Below are positions 38,762 through 48,088 of a DNA stretch of 64,000 bases, one piece after another; positions within the stretch are counted from its first letter, which is position 1, and each line of letters begins with the position of its first letter. The notes under the pieces are model-generated. The model worked only from the letters and a program-made list of their open reading frames with translations, was not told where the DNA came from and did no database searches. The DNA is taken from NCBI GenBank assembly GCA_965213675.1, contig OZ243916.1:576001-640000 (forward strand), in the 5' to 3' direction. The position numbers were made by a program, and so were the translations under genes. Source of the stretch: an uncultured Candidatus Binatia bacterium (GTDB taxonomy: Bacteria; Desulfobacterota; Binatia; UBA9968; JAJDTQ01).

Positions 38762-39112
38762 ATGCAGGCAGTGAGACTGTACACCGGGGACGACGGCGAA
38801 TCCCATTTCGAGGATATCGATCTCAAGTTCGAGCCGGATCGCAATATGGAGAGCGTTTCGTTGGGGTCCGCCAAAAGCGTCAACGTGCGCCGCGTACCGC
38901 CCGGCGTGCTGCTCGACTGGCATCCGGCGCCCCGGCGGCAGTACCTGTTCACGCTCTCGGGAGCGTGGGACATCGAGTGCGGCGGGGGTGAGGCGCGGCG
39001 TTTCCAGGCCGGGGACATCATGCTGGCGGACGACTTAACCGGCCGCGGGCATCGTAGCCGTGTCATTGGCGACGCGCCCCATGTGTTCGCAGTGGTGCCG
39101 CTGGCGGATTGA
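38762..39112 (+). CDS. Small cupin-fold protein
   Basis: RLYTGDDGESHFED, DWHPAPRRQY, GDIMLADDLTGRGH. Confidence 0.75.
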   Translation: MQAVRLYTGDDGESHFEDIDLKFEPDRNMESVSLGSAKSVNVRRVPPGVLLDWHPAPRRQYLFTLSGAWDIECGGGEARRFQAGDIMLADDLTGRGHRSRVIGDAPHVFAVVPLAD

Positions 39113-39115
39113 GCC

Positions 39116-39895
39116 TCACGCGCTGGCGGCGGACGCGCCGCCATCCACTACCAGGGTGGTGCCGGTGACGAATGACGATTCGTCCGAGGCCAGGAACAGG
39201 ATGGTGCTGGCCACCTCCCGCGGCTCGGCCCACCGCTTCATCAACGTGTGCCGGGCGCCGGTGCGGCGCAATTCCTCCTCGCTCACCCCACGCGCTTGGG
39301 CGCGCGCGATGTGGAAGGGCGTGATGGTGGGGCCGGGACACACGGTGTTCACGCGAGTGCCGTGCTCCACCTCCTCGATGGCCAAGGTCCGGCTCAGGCT
39401 CACCACTGCGGCCTTGGTCACATCGTATTGCCCCATTCCCGCCCGTCCGGTCACTCCGAAGACCGAGGAAACGTTGACGATGCTGCCGCCGCCCCGGCGG
39501 CGCAGCAGGGGCACGGCGGCCTTGCAGCAATGAACCGTGGCCATTAGATTGACGGCCAGGATCGACTCCCAACTATCGCGCCCGGCGTCGGCCAGGGCGC
39601 CGAATACGCGGATGCCGGCGACGTTGACCAGAATGTCGAGTCCACCGAAACGCGCGTCCGCGGCCGCCAGGGTCCGGCGCGCCTCGTCCTCGTCACTCAA
39701 GTCCGCCGCCAGGGGTAGCACGTCCGCTTCAGGGACCCGCTGGCGGACGGCCGCGGCCGCGCTTCCGGCGGCGTCGCCGTCGCGGTCGACGATGGCCAGC
39801 CGGCCGCCTTCCTCGGCGAACAGCATGGCGGTAGCGGCGCCGATGCCGCCCCCGCCGCCGGTGATGAACGCGACCTTGTCCTGAATGCGGCCCAT
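39116..39895 (-). CDS. SDR family NAD(P)-dependent oxidoreductase
   Basis: TGGGGGIG, NVAG, NVSS, YDVTK, VNTVCPG, VDGG; true start MGRIQDK. Confidence 0.92.
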   Translation of the reverse strand: MGRIQDKVAFITGGGGGIGAATAMLFAEEGGRLAIVDRDGDAAGSAAAAVRQRVPEADVLPLAADLSDEDEARRTLAAADARFGGLDILVNVAGIRVFGALADAGRDSWESILAVNLMATVHCCKAAVPLLRRRGGGSIVNVSSVFGVTGRAGMGQYDVTKAAVVSLSRTLAIEEVEHGTRVNTVCPGPTITPFHIARAQARGVSEEELRRTGARHTLMKRWAEPREVASTILFLASDESSFVTGTTLVVDGGASAASA

Positions 39896-39902
39896 GGGCT
39901 GC

Positions 39903-40361
39903 CTACCGTGAATGGCCGAGGGCCGAGCGCATGGCCACGTCGGCGGCCGGGACCGAGAAGCCTTCCGCCTCCAGCGCCGCCGCGGCCACTTCCTCGTCTT
40001 CGTGCGGCGCGGCGCCGCTGACGCCGATGCCGCCCACCACCGCGTCGCCCAGCCAGATGGGCAAGCCCCCTTGACCGATGGCCATGCGCCCGTCGTGGAC
40101 GATCTGGACGCCGGCATAGAACACCGGCTTGGGGTTGGCTTTCTCCTCCAGACCTCCGGTGCTCTGCCGGAAGGCCGCGGCCGCGAAGGCCTTGCCCCGG
40201 GCAATGTCCGGCGCCACGAACTTGGTCCCGTCCATGCGCCCGGCCCACATGAAGTTGCCGCTGGCATCCACCACCGTTACGGTGACCAGATAACCCTTGT
40301 CCTCCGCCGCGCGGATGCCCGCATCCACCAGGGCACGCGCCTGTTTCATTCCGAAGCTCAA
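39903..40361 (-). CDS. GlcG/HbpS family heme-binding protein
   Basis: VVDASG..RMDG, IARGKAFAA, GGLPI, GGIGVSGA...DEEVA. Confidence 0.88.
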   Translation of the reverse strand: MSFGMKQARALVDAGIRAAEDKGYLVTVTVVDASGNFMWAGRMDGTKFVAPDIARGKAFAAAAFRQSTGGLEEKANPKPVFYAGVQIVHDGRMAIGQGGLPIWLGDAVVGGIGVSGAAPHEDEEVAAAALEAEGFSVPAADVAMRSALGHSR

Positions 40362-40421
40362 GGCCAGACTCCTCTCTGCCGGCTTTCCGCCGGTTCCTGT
40401 TCCGTCACTTTTACCAAACTT

Positions 40422-40772
40422 TCATCCCTTCGCGTGCCGGCCCCACGCCGGCATGGACGGCTCTCGCGAAAGTTTGTCCTGGACCTCCATCGGGGTCGTG
40501 GAGCCGGAAAGAGCCGCCCGCCTTCCGGCGCTCTTGAGCCGCTCCAGCGGACGGCGCGGCACCGGGATGTCCCCGCCCGCGGCCAAGCGCTCCCGCACCA
40601 TGCGTTGGCGGTTGCGGTCGAGGTCGTCCAACGCCTCCTCGGGTGACAGGCCTTCGCCGAAACAACCCGGAAATTCGGGGTACTCGGCCCGGCGCCGCCA
40701 GCGGCCGTCGGCTCCCCGAACCGCGGCCACGCGCAGGACGTAGGGCACGGCCATGTACTCCTCAAACGTCAT
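40422..40772 (-). CDS. HicB-like fold protein (orphan, no HicA)
   Basis: AEYPEFPGCFGEGLSPEEAL...G-DIPVP resembles the HicB N-domain. Confidence 0.6.
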   Translation of the reverse strand: MTFEEYMAVPYVLRVAAVRGADGRWRRRAEYPEFPGCFGEGLSPEEALDDLDRNRQRMVRERLAAGGDIPVPRRPLERLKSAGRRAALSGSTTPMEVQDKLSREPSMPAWGRHAKG

Positions 40773-40964
40773 GATTCCGGGTGGTTCGTGGCGATCGGCT
40801 GGTCCCGCCGCCGTGAAAGGTTGTGGGTCCCACTCCTGTCACACGTTGCGCAGTGACTGCTGTTCTCGTCAAGGCGCTGTCAGCGCGCAGCCTTGCGGGG
40901 GCACCCGCCCGTCGCGCCTGCGGGAACGGCTTCCATGCGCTGGACCGGCGGCGCGCGCATCGCT

Positions 40965-42269
40965 TCACGACGCGATGTTCACGCGGTCCTGCACCGCTTC
41001 GACCCACATGGCTTCTCTGGGCAGCCGCACCGAGGTGGCGCGGACGCGGTGAAGCGCCGGGTCGAGTCCGGGGGGGTCCGCCTGTCCCTCCTGCAGCATC
41101 CTGGCCGAGTCGATGAGGCACTTGCGCACCTTGATGATGGCGGTGTCGCTGGTGCCCAGGCGCTCCCGGGTGCGGTCGAAGATGGGACCCTGGCTTTCGG
41201 TCATGGCGCGGTCCTGCATGCCGAAACCGGGAATGCCGCAGAACATGCGCGTGCGGTGCGCCTCCCAGTCCATGCCGTAGTCGTCGTCCGGGGTCGCCGC
41301 CGGGCGAACGTCGCCGTAGGGGCCGTTGGTGGGCGGTCCGAAGCGCGTGACGTGAGAGCTGAAGCCGTCGGCCAATGAGGCCAACTCCTCCTCCCGCAAC
41401 GGCCGCGTGGGATGCCACGTGATGGTCCAGTTGATGAGGTGTTCGTCGTCCGCCGGCACCCATGCGTGGGAGTGCAGGATGGGGTCTTCGTCCTGGGGCG
41501 GCGGCATGGTGTAGAAGGGCATCAGGAATTGGGTGATGCGCCAGTAGTAGCGGTCGTCGCCGGCATTCCTGCGCGCCCCGATCATGACGCCGTAGTCCGT
41601 ATCCACCACCTCGAAGCGGGGGCTCCGGTCCGTGGTCCCCACCGCGGTGTCCACGCCGAAGCCCGCTTTCTCAAGGCTTTCCAGGGATCTCCGGTCCGTG
41701 GCGTCCAGCGGCGCATGCAGGAACGAGATGTGGCTGGAGTCGATGCCCCCCTCCAGCGCCTGGAAGTAGTTGTTGCTCTGGTAGTACTTGGAAATGAAGC
41801 GCTGGTTGTCCGGCAGCCCGAGCCACTCGAAGTCCGGCAGCCCGGTCATGTGCGCGGCATCGCCCATGAACGCCCACACCAACCCACCGCGCTCGCGGCA
41901 GGGGTAGGCGGGGTGCCGCACCGCGTGCTTGAAGTCGGTCTCCGGGGACTCGTTGGGCATCTCCAGGCAGCGTCCGTCCAGTCCGTATTTCCAGCCGTGG
42001 TAGCAGCAGCGCAGCCCGTCCCGTTCCACGCGCCCGTAATAGAGCGATACGCGCCGGTGCGAGCACAGTTCACCCAGCAGTCCCGCCTCGCCCTGGAGCG
42101 TGCGGAACGCCACCATGCTCTCGCCCAGGATGCGCACCCGCTTGGTCCGGCCCCCGGCCTCCAACTCGCTGGACCGCACCACCGGCACCCAATAGCGGCG
42201 CATGAGCGCGCCCATGGGCGTGCCCGGGCCTACCCGTGTCAGAATTTCGTTGTCTTCCCGTGTCAGCAC
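40965..42269 (-). CDS. Rieske non-heme iron oxygenase alpha subunit (phthalate 4,5-dioxygenase/LigX-like)
   Basis: LTRVGPGTPMG, CSHR...CCYHGW, EGGIDSSHISFLH, QDRAMTESQG. Confidence 0.92.
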   Translation of the reverse strand: MLTREDNEILTRVGPGTPMGALMRRYWVPVVRSSELEAGGRTKRVRILGESMVAFRTLQGEAGLLGELCSHRRVSLYYGRVERDGLRCCYHGWKYGLDGRCLEMPNESPETDFKHAVRHPAYPCRERGGLVWAFMGDAAHMTGLPDFEWLGLPDNQRFISKYYQSNNYFQALEGGIDSSHISFLHAPLDATDRRSLESLEKAGFGVDTAVGTTDRSPRFEVVDTDYGVMIGARRNAGDDRYYWRITQFLMPFYTMPPPQDEDPILHSHAWVPADDEHLINWTITWHPTRPLREEELASLADGFSSHVTRFGPPTNGPYGDVRPAATPDDDYGMDWEAHRTRMFCGIPGFGMQDRAMTESQGPIFDRTRERLGTSDTAIIKVRKCLIDSARMLQEGQADPPGLDPALHRVRATSVRLPREAMWVEAVQDRVNIAS

Positions 42270-42456
42270 GCTGTCTCCAATCCCCTTGTGGTCGATGCTT
42301 TCGCCGTGGGTCCCCCCAGCCGAAAAACTACAATCGGGGCTGGATTTATGTCAAGCATGTAGCTGAACCGGACGGTCGGGGGGCTTGGGATGAGGGCCCT
42401 TGGAAACGCGAGGACGGCGTCGCATGCGAAAACGCGGTTTGGCAGGGAGGCTCGGA

Positions 42457-42969
42457 ATGGACGGCGGCTTTTGGTTCATGTTCGTGGCGAGCATCGCCGT
42501 CGGCGGGTTTGTTCTCTATTCCTACGGCGCGCAGCGGGCTCTTGACGGCCTGTCGAGCGGCGGCCAGCTTCTCATGGCCACGCTTCCCAAAATGGTTTTC
42601 GCCTTCACCGTGGCCGGTCTGATTCAGGTCATCCTCCCCACCGACCTGATCTCCGAGTGGATCGGCGAGGGCTCCGGCATCAAGGGGCTCCTCATCGGCA
42701 CGGTGGCGGGCACCTTCACGCCGGGCGGCCCGATGATGCACTTTCCCATCGTCGCCTCGCTGCTGCACTCCGGGGCCGGGTCCGGACCCATTATCGCCTA
42801 CTTGACCGCCTGGTCGGTGCTCGGGCTTCATCGCGTCATCATCTGGGAGATCCCCATCCTGGGATTCGAGATATCGGCGGTGCGATTCGTGGCCAGTCTG
42901 GCGCTGCCGCCGCTGGTGGGCTTCGTGGGGTCGGTTCTCTTTCACAGTCTGCCGGGCCGGGTGCCGTGA
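42457..42969 (+). CDS. Predicted permease (DUF318/ArsP-like)
   Basis: AGLIQV..P, WIGEGSG-KG, TPGGP...FP; TM segments. Confidence 0.65.
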   Translation: MDGGFWFMFVASIAVGGFVLYSYGAQRALDGLSSGGQLLMATLPKMVFAFTVAGLIQVILPTDLISEWIGEGSGIKGLLIGTVAGTFTPGGPMMHFPIVASLLHSGAGSGPIIAYLTAWSVLGLHRVIIWEIPILGFEISAVRFVASLALPPLVGFVGSVLFHSLPGRVP

Positions 42970-43047
42970 CCGTCCGGCCCGTTCGGGCGTGACCGCGCCC
43001 GCGGCCTCTGCCGCGTCGGATTGCGTACCCGGCGCAAGCTCCTCTCG

Positions 43048-44658
43048 CTACGAGCGCGTGTCCGCGTGTCCGTCCTTGACGAGATCGATCTCCCAGGACA
43101 GGTAGCGTTCCATGTCTTCGCGGGTCTTCCCCAGGGCGCCGGTCCACACGCTGTGACCGAAATCGGCTTGCGCGTCCTCGGTGGACACGCCCGTGCCTTC
43201 CAGACCGTCTTCCAGGGCGCGGCCATGGCTCTCCCACGCCCGCGTGCCGCCTTCGAGCACCTGCACGGCGGTATAGCCGAGTGTTTGCAAGGTCCCCGCG
43301 GCCAGGGTCGAACGGACGGCGTTGTCGCACACGACCACCACGGACGTGTCCTTGTCCGGCGCCGTGGCCGCGATGTCGAGTTCCAGGCGTCCGCGGGGAA
43401 GCCACCGGGTCCCGGGGATGTGGGCGAAGCCGTATTCGCCGATGCTGCGCACGTCGAGGGCGAGGCCGCCCGCGTCCAGGTGTGCCTGAAGCCCGGCCGC
43501 GCCGGTGAAACGCGCGCGCCCACGGGCTTCTTCGAGTCCGAAAACGGCGGGATCGGGCGCGCCCTGTTCCAAGGGCAGCCCCGCATCCCGCCAACCCCGC
43601 AGGCCGCGATCGAGGATCGACACCTCGCGGAAGCCGAGTTGTTGCAGGAGCGCCGCGGCCCACACCGGCCGGAGGTCGTCGTCCGAGATCAGAAACACGG
43701 GGGCCGCGCGCACGGCGAGGAAGTTCTCGTGGGCCAGGGCCATCTGTCCCAGCGGAAGCGAAATGGCGCGTGGAACGTGGCCGGCGTCAAACTCCTCGGG
43801 CAAACGCACGTCCACAAGGTAGAAGGTCGCGCCGGAGTCGTAGACGCCCTGGAAGGAGTCGAGCGGGCAGCGACGCACGTTTTCCGCCGAGGCAAGGGCG
43901 TCGGTGGCGCGCTGGATCCGCGCCACACGCGCCGGGGATGCCGCAGCGGGCACCTCCCGGCCCGCGCCTTCGGCGATGTCATGTCCGGACAGGAACCAGC
44001 CCATGACGCCGTTCTCCAGGGCGTAGACACGGTCGAAGCCGTTGTCGTGCAGCAGCTTGGCGCCGAGAATGCCCCGCGTCCGGCCCGCACAGCTTACCAC
44101 CAGGGTGCTGCGGTCCGTCAGAGGCAGGCGCGGCGCGTCCAGCAGGAGGTTGCCGCCGGGAATGTGATAGGTGCCGGGAACGTGGCCGCGCAGGTACTCC
44201 TCGCGCGAGCGCACGTCCACAACCACCACGTCCTCGCCGGCCGCGCGCCGGCGCGCCAGTTCCGGCGCGGTCATGTGCGTCACGGCGCCGCCATGGGCGA
44301 CGCGCTCGCCGTACTCCTTGCCGTGAACGCCCCATCCCGAGCGCACCGGGAGCCCCTGCCGCTGCCACGCTTCGACCCCGCCGGCGAGCACCCGAACGTC
44401 GCTGTAGCCCATCCGTCCCAGCGTGTCCGCCGCCAGCGCGCTGCGACGCCCGTCGTCGCACAGGATCACCACCGGAACCCGCGGGTCCGGCGCCATCATG
44501 GGCAACCGAAGTTCCAGCGCGCCCCGGTTCACCGGGTTGGTCCCGGCGATCTGCGCGCGGGCGAACTCGCCGCGTTCGCGTACGTCAATGCAGGCAAAGG
44601 GTTCATCCGAAGCCAGCAAGGCCTGCAATGCCGGGGGATCGATGGTGAAATGACTCAT
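43048..44658 (-). CDS. Four-domain rhodanese-related sulfurtransferase
   Basis: Four DVR-type rhodanese repeats; loops CDDGRRS, CAGRTRG, SDDDLRP, CDNAVRS; C-terminal MERYLSWEIDLV. Confidence 0.88.
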   Translation of the reverse strand: MSHFTIDPPALQALLASDEPFACIDVRERGEFARAQIAGTNPVNRGALELRLPMMAPDPRVPVVILCDDGRRSALAADTLGRMGYSDVRVLAGGVEAWQRQGLPVRSGWGVHGKEYGERVAHGGAVTHMTAPELARRRAAGEDVVVVDVRSREEYLRGHVPGTYHIPGGNLLLDAPRLPLTDRSTLVVSCAGRTRGILGAKLLHDNGFDRVYALENGVMGWFLSGHDIAEGAGREVPAAASPARVARIQRATDALASAENVRRCPLDSFQGVYDSGATFYLVDVRLPEEFDAGHVPRAISLPLGQMALAHENFLAVRAAPVFLISDDDLRPVWAAALLQQLGFREVSILDRGLRGWRDAGLPLEQGAPDPAVFGLEEARGRARFTGAAGLQAHLDAGGLALDVRSIGEYGFAHIPGTRWLPRGRLELDIAATAPDKDTSVVVVCDNAVRSTLAAGTLQTLGYTAVQVLEGGTRAWESHGRALEDGLEGTGVSTEDAQADFGHSVWTGALGKTREDMERYLSWEIDLVKDGHADTRS

Positions 44659-44845
44659 GGGTCTCCTCCCGCAGGGCGTGGGTTCGACGCGCCGTGGACG
44701 GGATGCTGGCCAAGGGTCGCGTGGTCACGTGAGACAACCGTGTCACAAACGGGAACCGGAGAGGCGAGGCCGCGGAAAGACTCGGCGATCACCCCGGGCA
44801 TCCCTGTGGCGGGGGCGCCAGCCGAGTGGAGTCGCGACCGTGGTT

Positions 44846-46027
44846 CTACGCCACGTGCGCGGGCCGCACCGCGTGCACCACCGCCCCCGCGGTGGTGGGC
44901 ACCGAGGCGGCCTTCGCGGGATCCCGGAGGATGCCCTTGGGATCCCTGCCGGCCTTGACGTCCTCGATGGCGGTCCTCAGAATCTTCCGGAACAGCAGCA
45001 CGCCTTCGTCAGAACTGACGTGGCGCTCCATGGCGTGCGCCACGATCTCGCCCTGGCCTTCCTGGGCTTCCTTGTCGTCGGGGAAGCGCTGGCTGTACTC
45101 GTAGTCCCGGGGTCCCCGGCCCGCCGGGGCCAGTTTCTCGCGGCCGGACAGCTCCCGGTCGTCGGTCCCGTCCGGCGCCCAGCGGATGCTGGCGCCAAGC
45201 TGATGGGTGTCGTCCACGGGAACGCAGAAGGACACCCGGTCCACCTTCTCCGTCGCGGGCTCGTCCGTGTAGGTCAGGTGCACGTTGAGCGGCATGATGT
45301 TTTCCCAGATGACGTCGGCCCAGCGTCCACCGTCGAGCTTGCGGGTCATGACGAAGCGGATGCCCATGTCGGTCTCTTCGTAGACCAGCCGTTCCGGCAG
45401 GGTCGCATGGGCTTGGGTGGGGAACTGGGGACCGCTGTGCACCGTGTGCAGCCACACCGCGTGGAGGGCGTCCATGAGGTTTTCCTCGCTCTGGAGCCAG
45501 TTGCAGTCCTGAGCGCCCCCCACCCGGGGTCCGAAGCGCGCCTTGAGGGTGCCCCCCTCCGCCTCCAGGACGTCATAGCGGGGCAATAGCGGCATCTTCT
45601 CCAACGGCCCCATGTAGGCGAACACCAGCCCACCGTACTCCTGCACCGGGTAGGCGGGGTGCCACAGATGGTCCTTGACCGTGCTGTCCGCGGGTTCCAG
45701 GGGCATGTCCAGAATGCGCCCTTCCACGTCGTAGAGCCAGCCGTGGTAGCAGCAGCGCAGGCCGTCCCGCTCCACGCGCCCGTACTCCAGCGATGTGCTC
45801 CGGTGACTGCAGCGGAAGAACAGGAGCCCCGGGCGTCCCTGCCCGTCCCGGAACGCCACCAGGTCCTCGCCCAGGACGCGGATGCGCCGGGGCAGGTCGG
45901 AGAGGTCGGCCGAAAGGCACACAGGCTGCCAGTAGCGCCGCATCAACTCGCCGCACGGCGTTCCCGGTCCCACGCGCGTCAGTTCCGGGTCGATCACGGG
46001 GATTCTGAGGCCGTAGGCGCTGCGCAT
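44846..46027 (-). CDS. Rieske non-heme iron oxygenase alpha subunit (second paralog)
   Basis: LTRVGPGTPCG, CSHR...CCYHGW, ENLMDALHAVWLH, DDKEAQEGQG. Confidence 0.9.
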   Translation of the reverse strand: MRSAYGLRIPVIDPELTRVGPGTPCGELMRRYWQPVCLSADLSDLPRRIRVLGEDLVAFRDGQGRPGLLFFRCSHRSTSLEYGRVERDGLRCCYHGWLYDVEGRILDMPLEPADSTVKDHLWHPAYPVQEYGGLVFAYMGPLEKMPLLPRYDVLEAEGGTLKARFGPRVGGAQDCNWLQSEENLMDALHAVWLHTVHSGPQFPTQAHATLPERLVYEETDMGIRFVMTRKLDGGRWADVIWENIMPLNVHLTYTDEPATEKVDRVSFCVPVDDTHQLGASIRWAPDGTDDRELSGREKLAPAGRGPRDYEYSQRFPDDKEAQEGQGEIVAHAMERHVSSDEGVLLFRKILRTAIEDVKAGRDPKGILRDPAKAASVPTTAGAVVHAVRPAHVA

Positions 46028-46448
46028 GACGTTCCTCCTTGTGAGACGCAACCGCTTGTCCCTGCGCCGGCGGCCTCGTCCGGGTAAAGTGCCCGTGGGC
46101 GTGGCGCTGGCGCCGGGGACGGTCAGGCGGCGGATATATCAACACCCGCGCGCCTAGTAAAGCGGGCAGGGGAGCCGGAACTCTTCGTTGGCGCGCCACG
46201 CGCGTTTCGTTCCGGGCCCCCTGAGGTTCACGACGGACTCCCGTATTTGACGATGGACTTCCGTATTGAATGGCGCACGCATCGTTGACCCGGGCGTCGT
46301 CCTCCGGTTTGACAGAGGGGCGGCGCTGGTACTACCATCGACGCGGCTTGCCCGAAGGATCGCCTTGGCGGCGTTTCCGCATCGCCGATGCGGCGCGCCA
46401 CACGGATTCATGATGCCGCGGACATTCTGATCGGACACGGGGAATTTC

Positions 46449-47315
46449 ATGGCGAAACAGGACGAACTGGCGCTCGGAACCGGAGACACGGCGACACGGG
46501 GCGCGGACACGTCCCAGGGGCCGCGGAAGAACCATTCGGTCTTCTCCGAGACCGGCTGGGACGTGTCTCTCCGCGTGGGTTCCGTCGTCGCCCTCATCTT
46601 CGCATGGTGGGCGATGGGCCTTTTCTTTCCACCGGCGCTGGTGCCGCGGCCTTGGGAAACCTTCGCGGAGGTGGGCGTCATCATCAAGACGGGCGAGTTC
46701 TATCACCACATGGGCAACACGCTTTGGCGCGTGTTCGTCGGCTTCGGCCTGGCCATGGTGGTGAGCACGCCGCTCGGGATCGTCATGGGGAGCTTCCGCA
46801 ACCAGGAGAGCTTCTTCGAGCCTCCGGTGATCCTGGGCCTCACCATGCCGGGCCTCATCTGGGCGCTGCTGATGCTCATGGTCTTCGGCATCAAGGAGAT
46901 CAGCGCCTACCTCGCGGTGGCCGTGACCATCTCGCCCATGCTCACCATCAGCATCTGGCAGGGAACCAAGTCCATCGACAAGGATCTGATCGACATGAGC
47001 ACGGCGTTCCACGCCAGCGTGTATTCCAAGCTCGTGGACGTGATCCTGCCGCAGTTGGTGTCGCACATCCTGGCCGCCATTCGTTATGGTCTGGGGCTGG
47101 CGTGGAAGGTGATCGTGCTGGTGGAAGGGTTCGGCTTCAGCAACGGGGTCGGTTATCAGGTCATGCACCAGTTCGACCTTTTCTCGGTGAAGGGGGTTCT
47201 GGCCTGGGCCATCACCTTCCTTATCGTGATGATCTTCCTCGAGTTCGGGGTGGTGGGTGTGCTGGAACGCAGCGTCACGCGCTGGCGGCCGCGCGTGGAG
47301 GCATGGAGGCGGTAG
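46449..47315 (+). CDS. ABC transporter permease, NitT/TauT family
   Basis: TLWRVFVGF, EAA-like loop VILPQLV, GLAWKVIVLVE. Confidence 0.88.
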   Translation: MAKQDELALGTGDTATRGADTSQGPRKNHSVFSETGWDVSLRVGSVVALIFAWWAMGLFFPPALVPRPWETFAEVGVIIKTGEFYHHMGNTLWRVFVGFGLAMVVSTPLGIVMGSFRNQESFFEPPVILGLTMPGLIWALLMLMVFGIKEISAYLAVAVTISPMLTISIWQGTKSIDKDLIDMSTAFHASVYSKLVDVILPQLVSHILAAIRYGLGLAWKVIVLVEGFGFSNGVGYQVMHQFDLFSVKGVLAWAITFLIVMIFLEFGVVGVLERSVTRWRPRVEAWRR

Positions 47316-48088
47316 TGGCGTACGTACGCATCGATCAGGCGATCAAGTATTTCTCGCGTGAGGACGGCTCGCCCCTGAAGGTGCTGGACGGCATCTCCTT
47401 CGACACCAAGGAGTACGGCATCACGGCATTGCTGGGGCCGTCGGGTTGCGGCAAATCCACGCTGTTGAACATCATCACGGGCCTGGAGCGCCTCGATCAC
47501 GGGCGCGTGGAGATCGTCTCCGACGGTGAAGGCGACGCCCGGACGCACCCCCAGTTGGGGTACGTGTTCCAGGATCCGAGGCTGCTCAACTGGAAGCGGG
47601 TGGAAGACAACCTGCGGTTCGCCCTCAAGGGGATGGACGTGCCGGGCGAGGAGTGGGACGAACGGCTGGACAAGTACCTGTCCCTGGTGGGTCTCACGGA
47701 TTTCCGCAAGCAGTACCCCCTCTACCTGTCGGGCGGCATGCGGCAGCGGGTGGGCTTGGCGCGGGGGCTCGTCATCGAGCCGCAGGTGCTGTTGATGGAC
47801 GAACCCTACAGCAAGCTCGACCAGCTCACGGCGCGGCAGTTGCGGGAGGACACCCTCCAGATCTGTTCGCGCCTCCACCAGACCGCCTTGCTGGTGACCC
47901 ACGACGTGGAGGAGTCCGCCTACATGGGCGACCGGATCGTGATCTTCTCCGCCCGCCCGGCGCGCATCGCCGCGATCTACGATAACCCGCTCCGCTCCTC
48001 GGAACGGGATACCGACGACATGCGTTTCATCGATTTCAAGAAGGAAGTTCTGGGAACCATACTCAACCTGGTGAAGGAGGAATCATGA
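47315..48088 (+). CDS. ABC transporter ATP-binding protein, NitT/TauT family
   Basis: GPSGCGKS, VFQ, LSGGMRQR, LLMDEP, VTHD; GTG start after GGAGG. Confidence 0.92.
   Translation: MAYVRIDQAIKYFSREDGSPLKVLDGISFDTKEYGITALLGPSGCGKSTLLNIITGLERLDHGRVEIVSDGEGDARTHPQLGYVFQDPRLLNWKRVEDNLRFALKGMDVPGEEWDERLDKYLSLVGLTDFRKQYPLYLSGGMRQRVGLARGLVIEPQVLLMDEPYSKLDQLTARQLREDTLQICSRLHQTALLVTHDVEESAYMGDRIVIFSARPARIAAIYDNPLRSSERDTDDMRFIDFKKEVLGTILNLVKEES

Noticed and set aside
40837-40870. ECF41-type promoter (TGTCACA-N16-CGTC)
   Set aside because: The CGTC is not at the required spacing here or at 44741, and the orientation is opposite to the adjacent genes.
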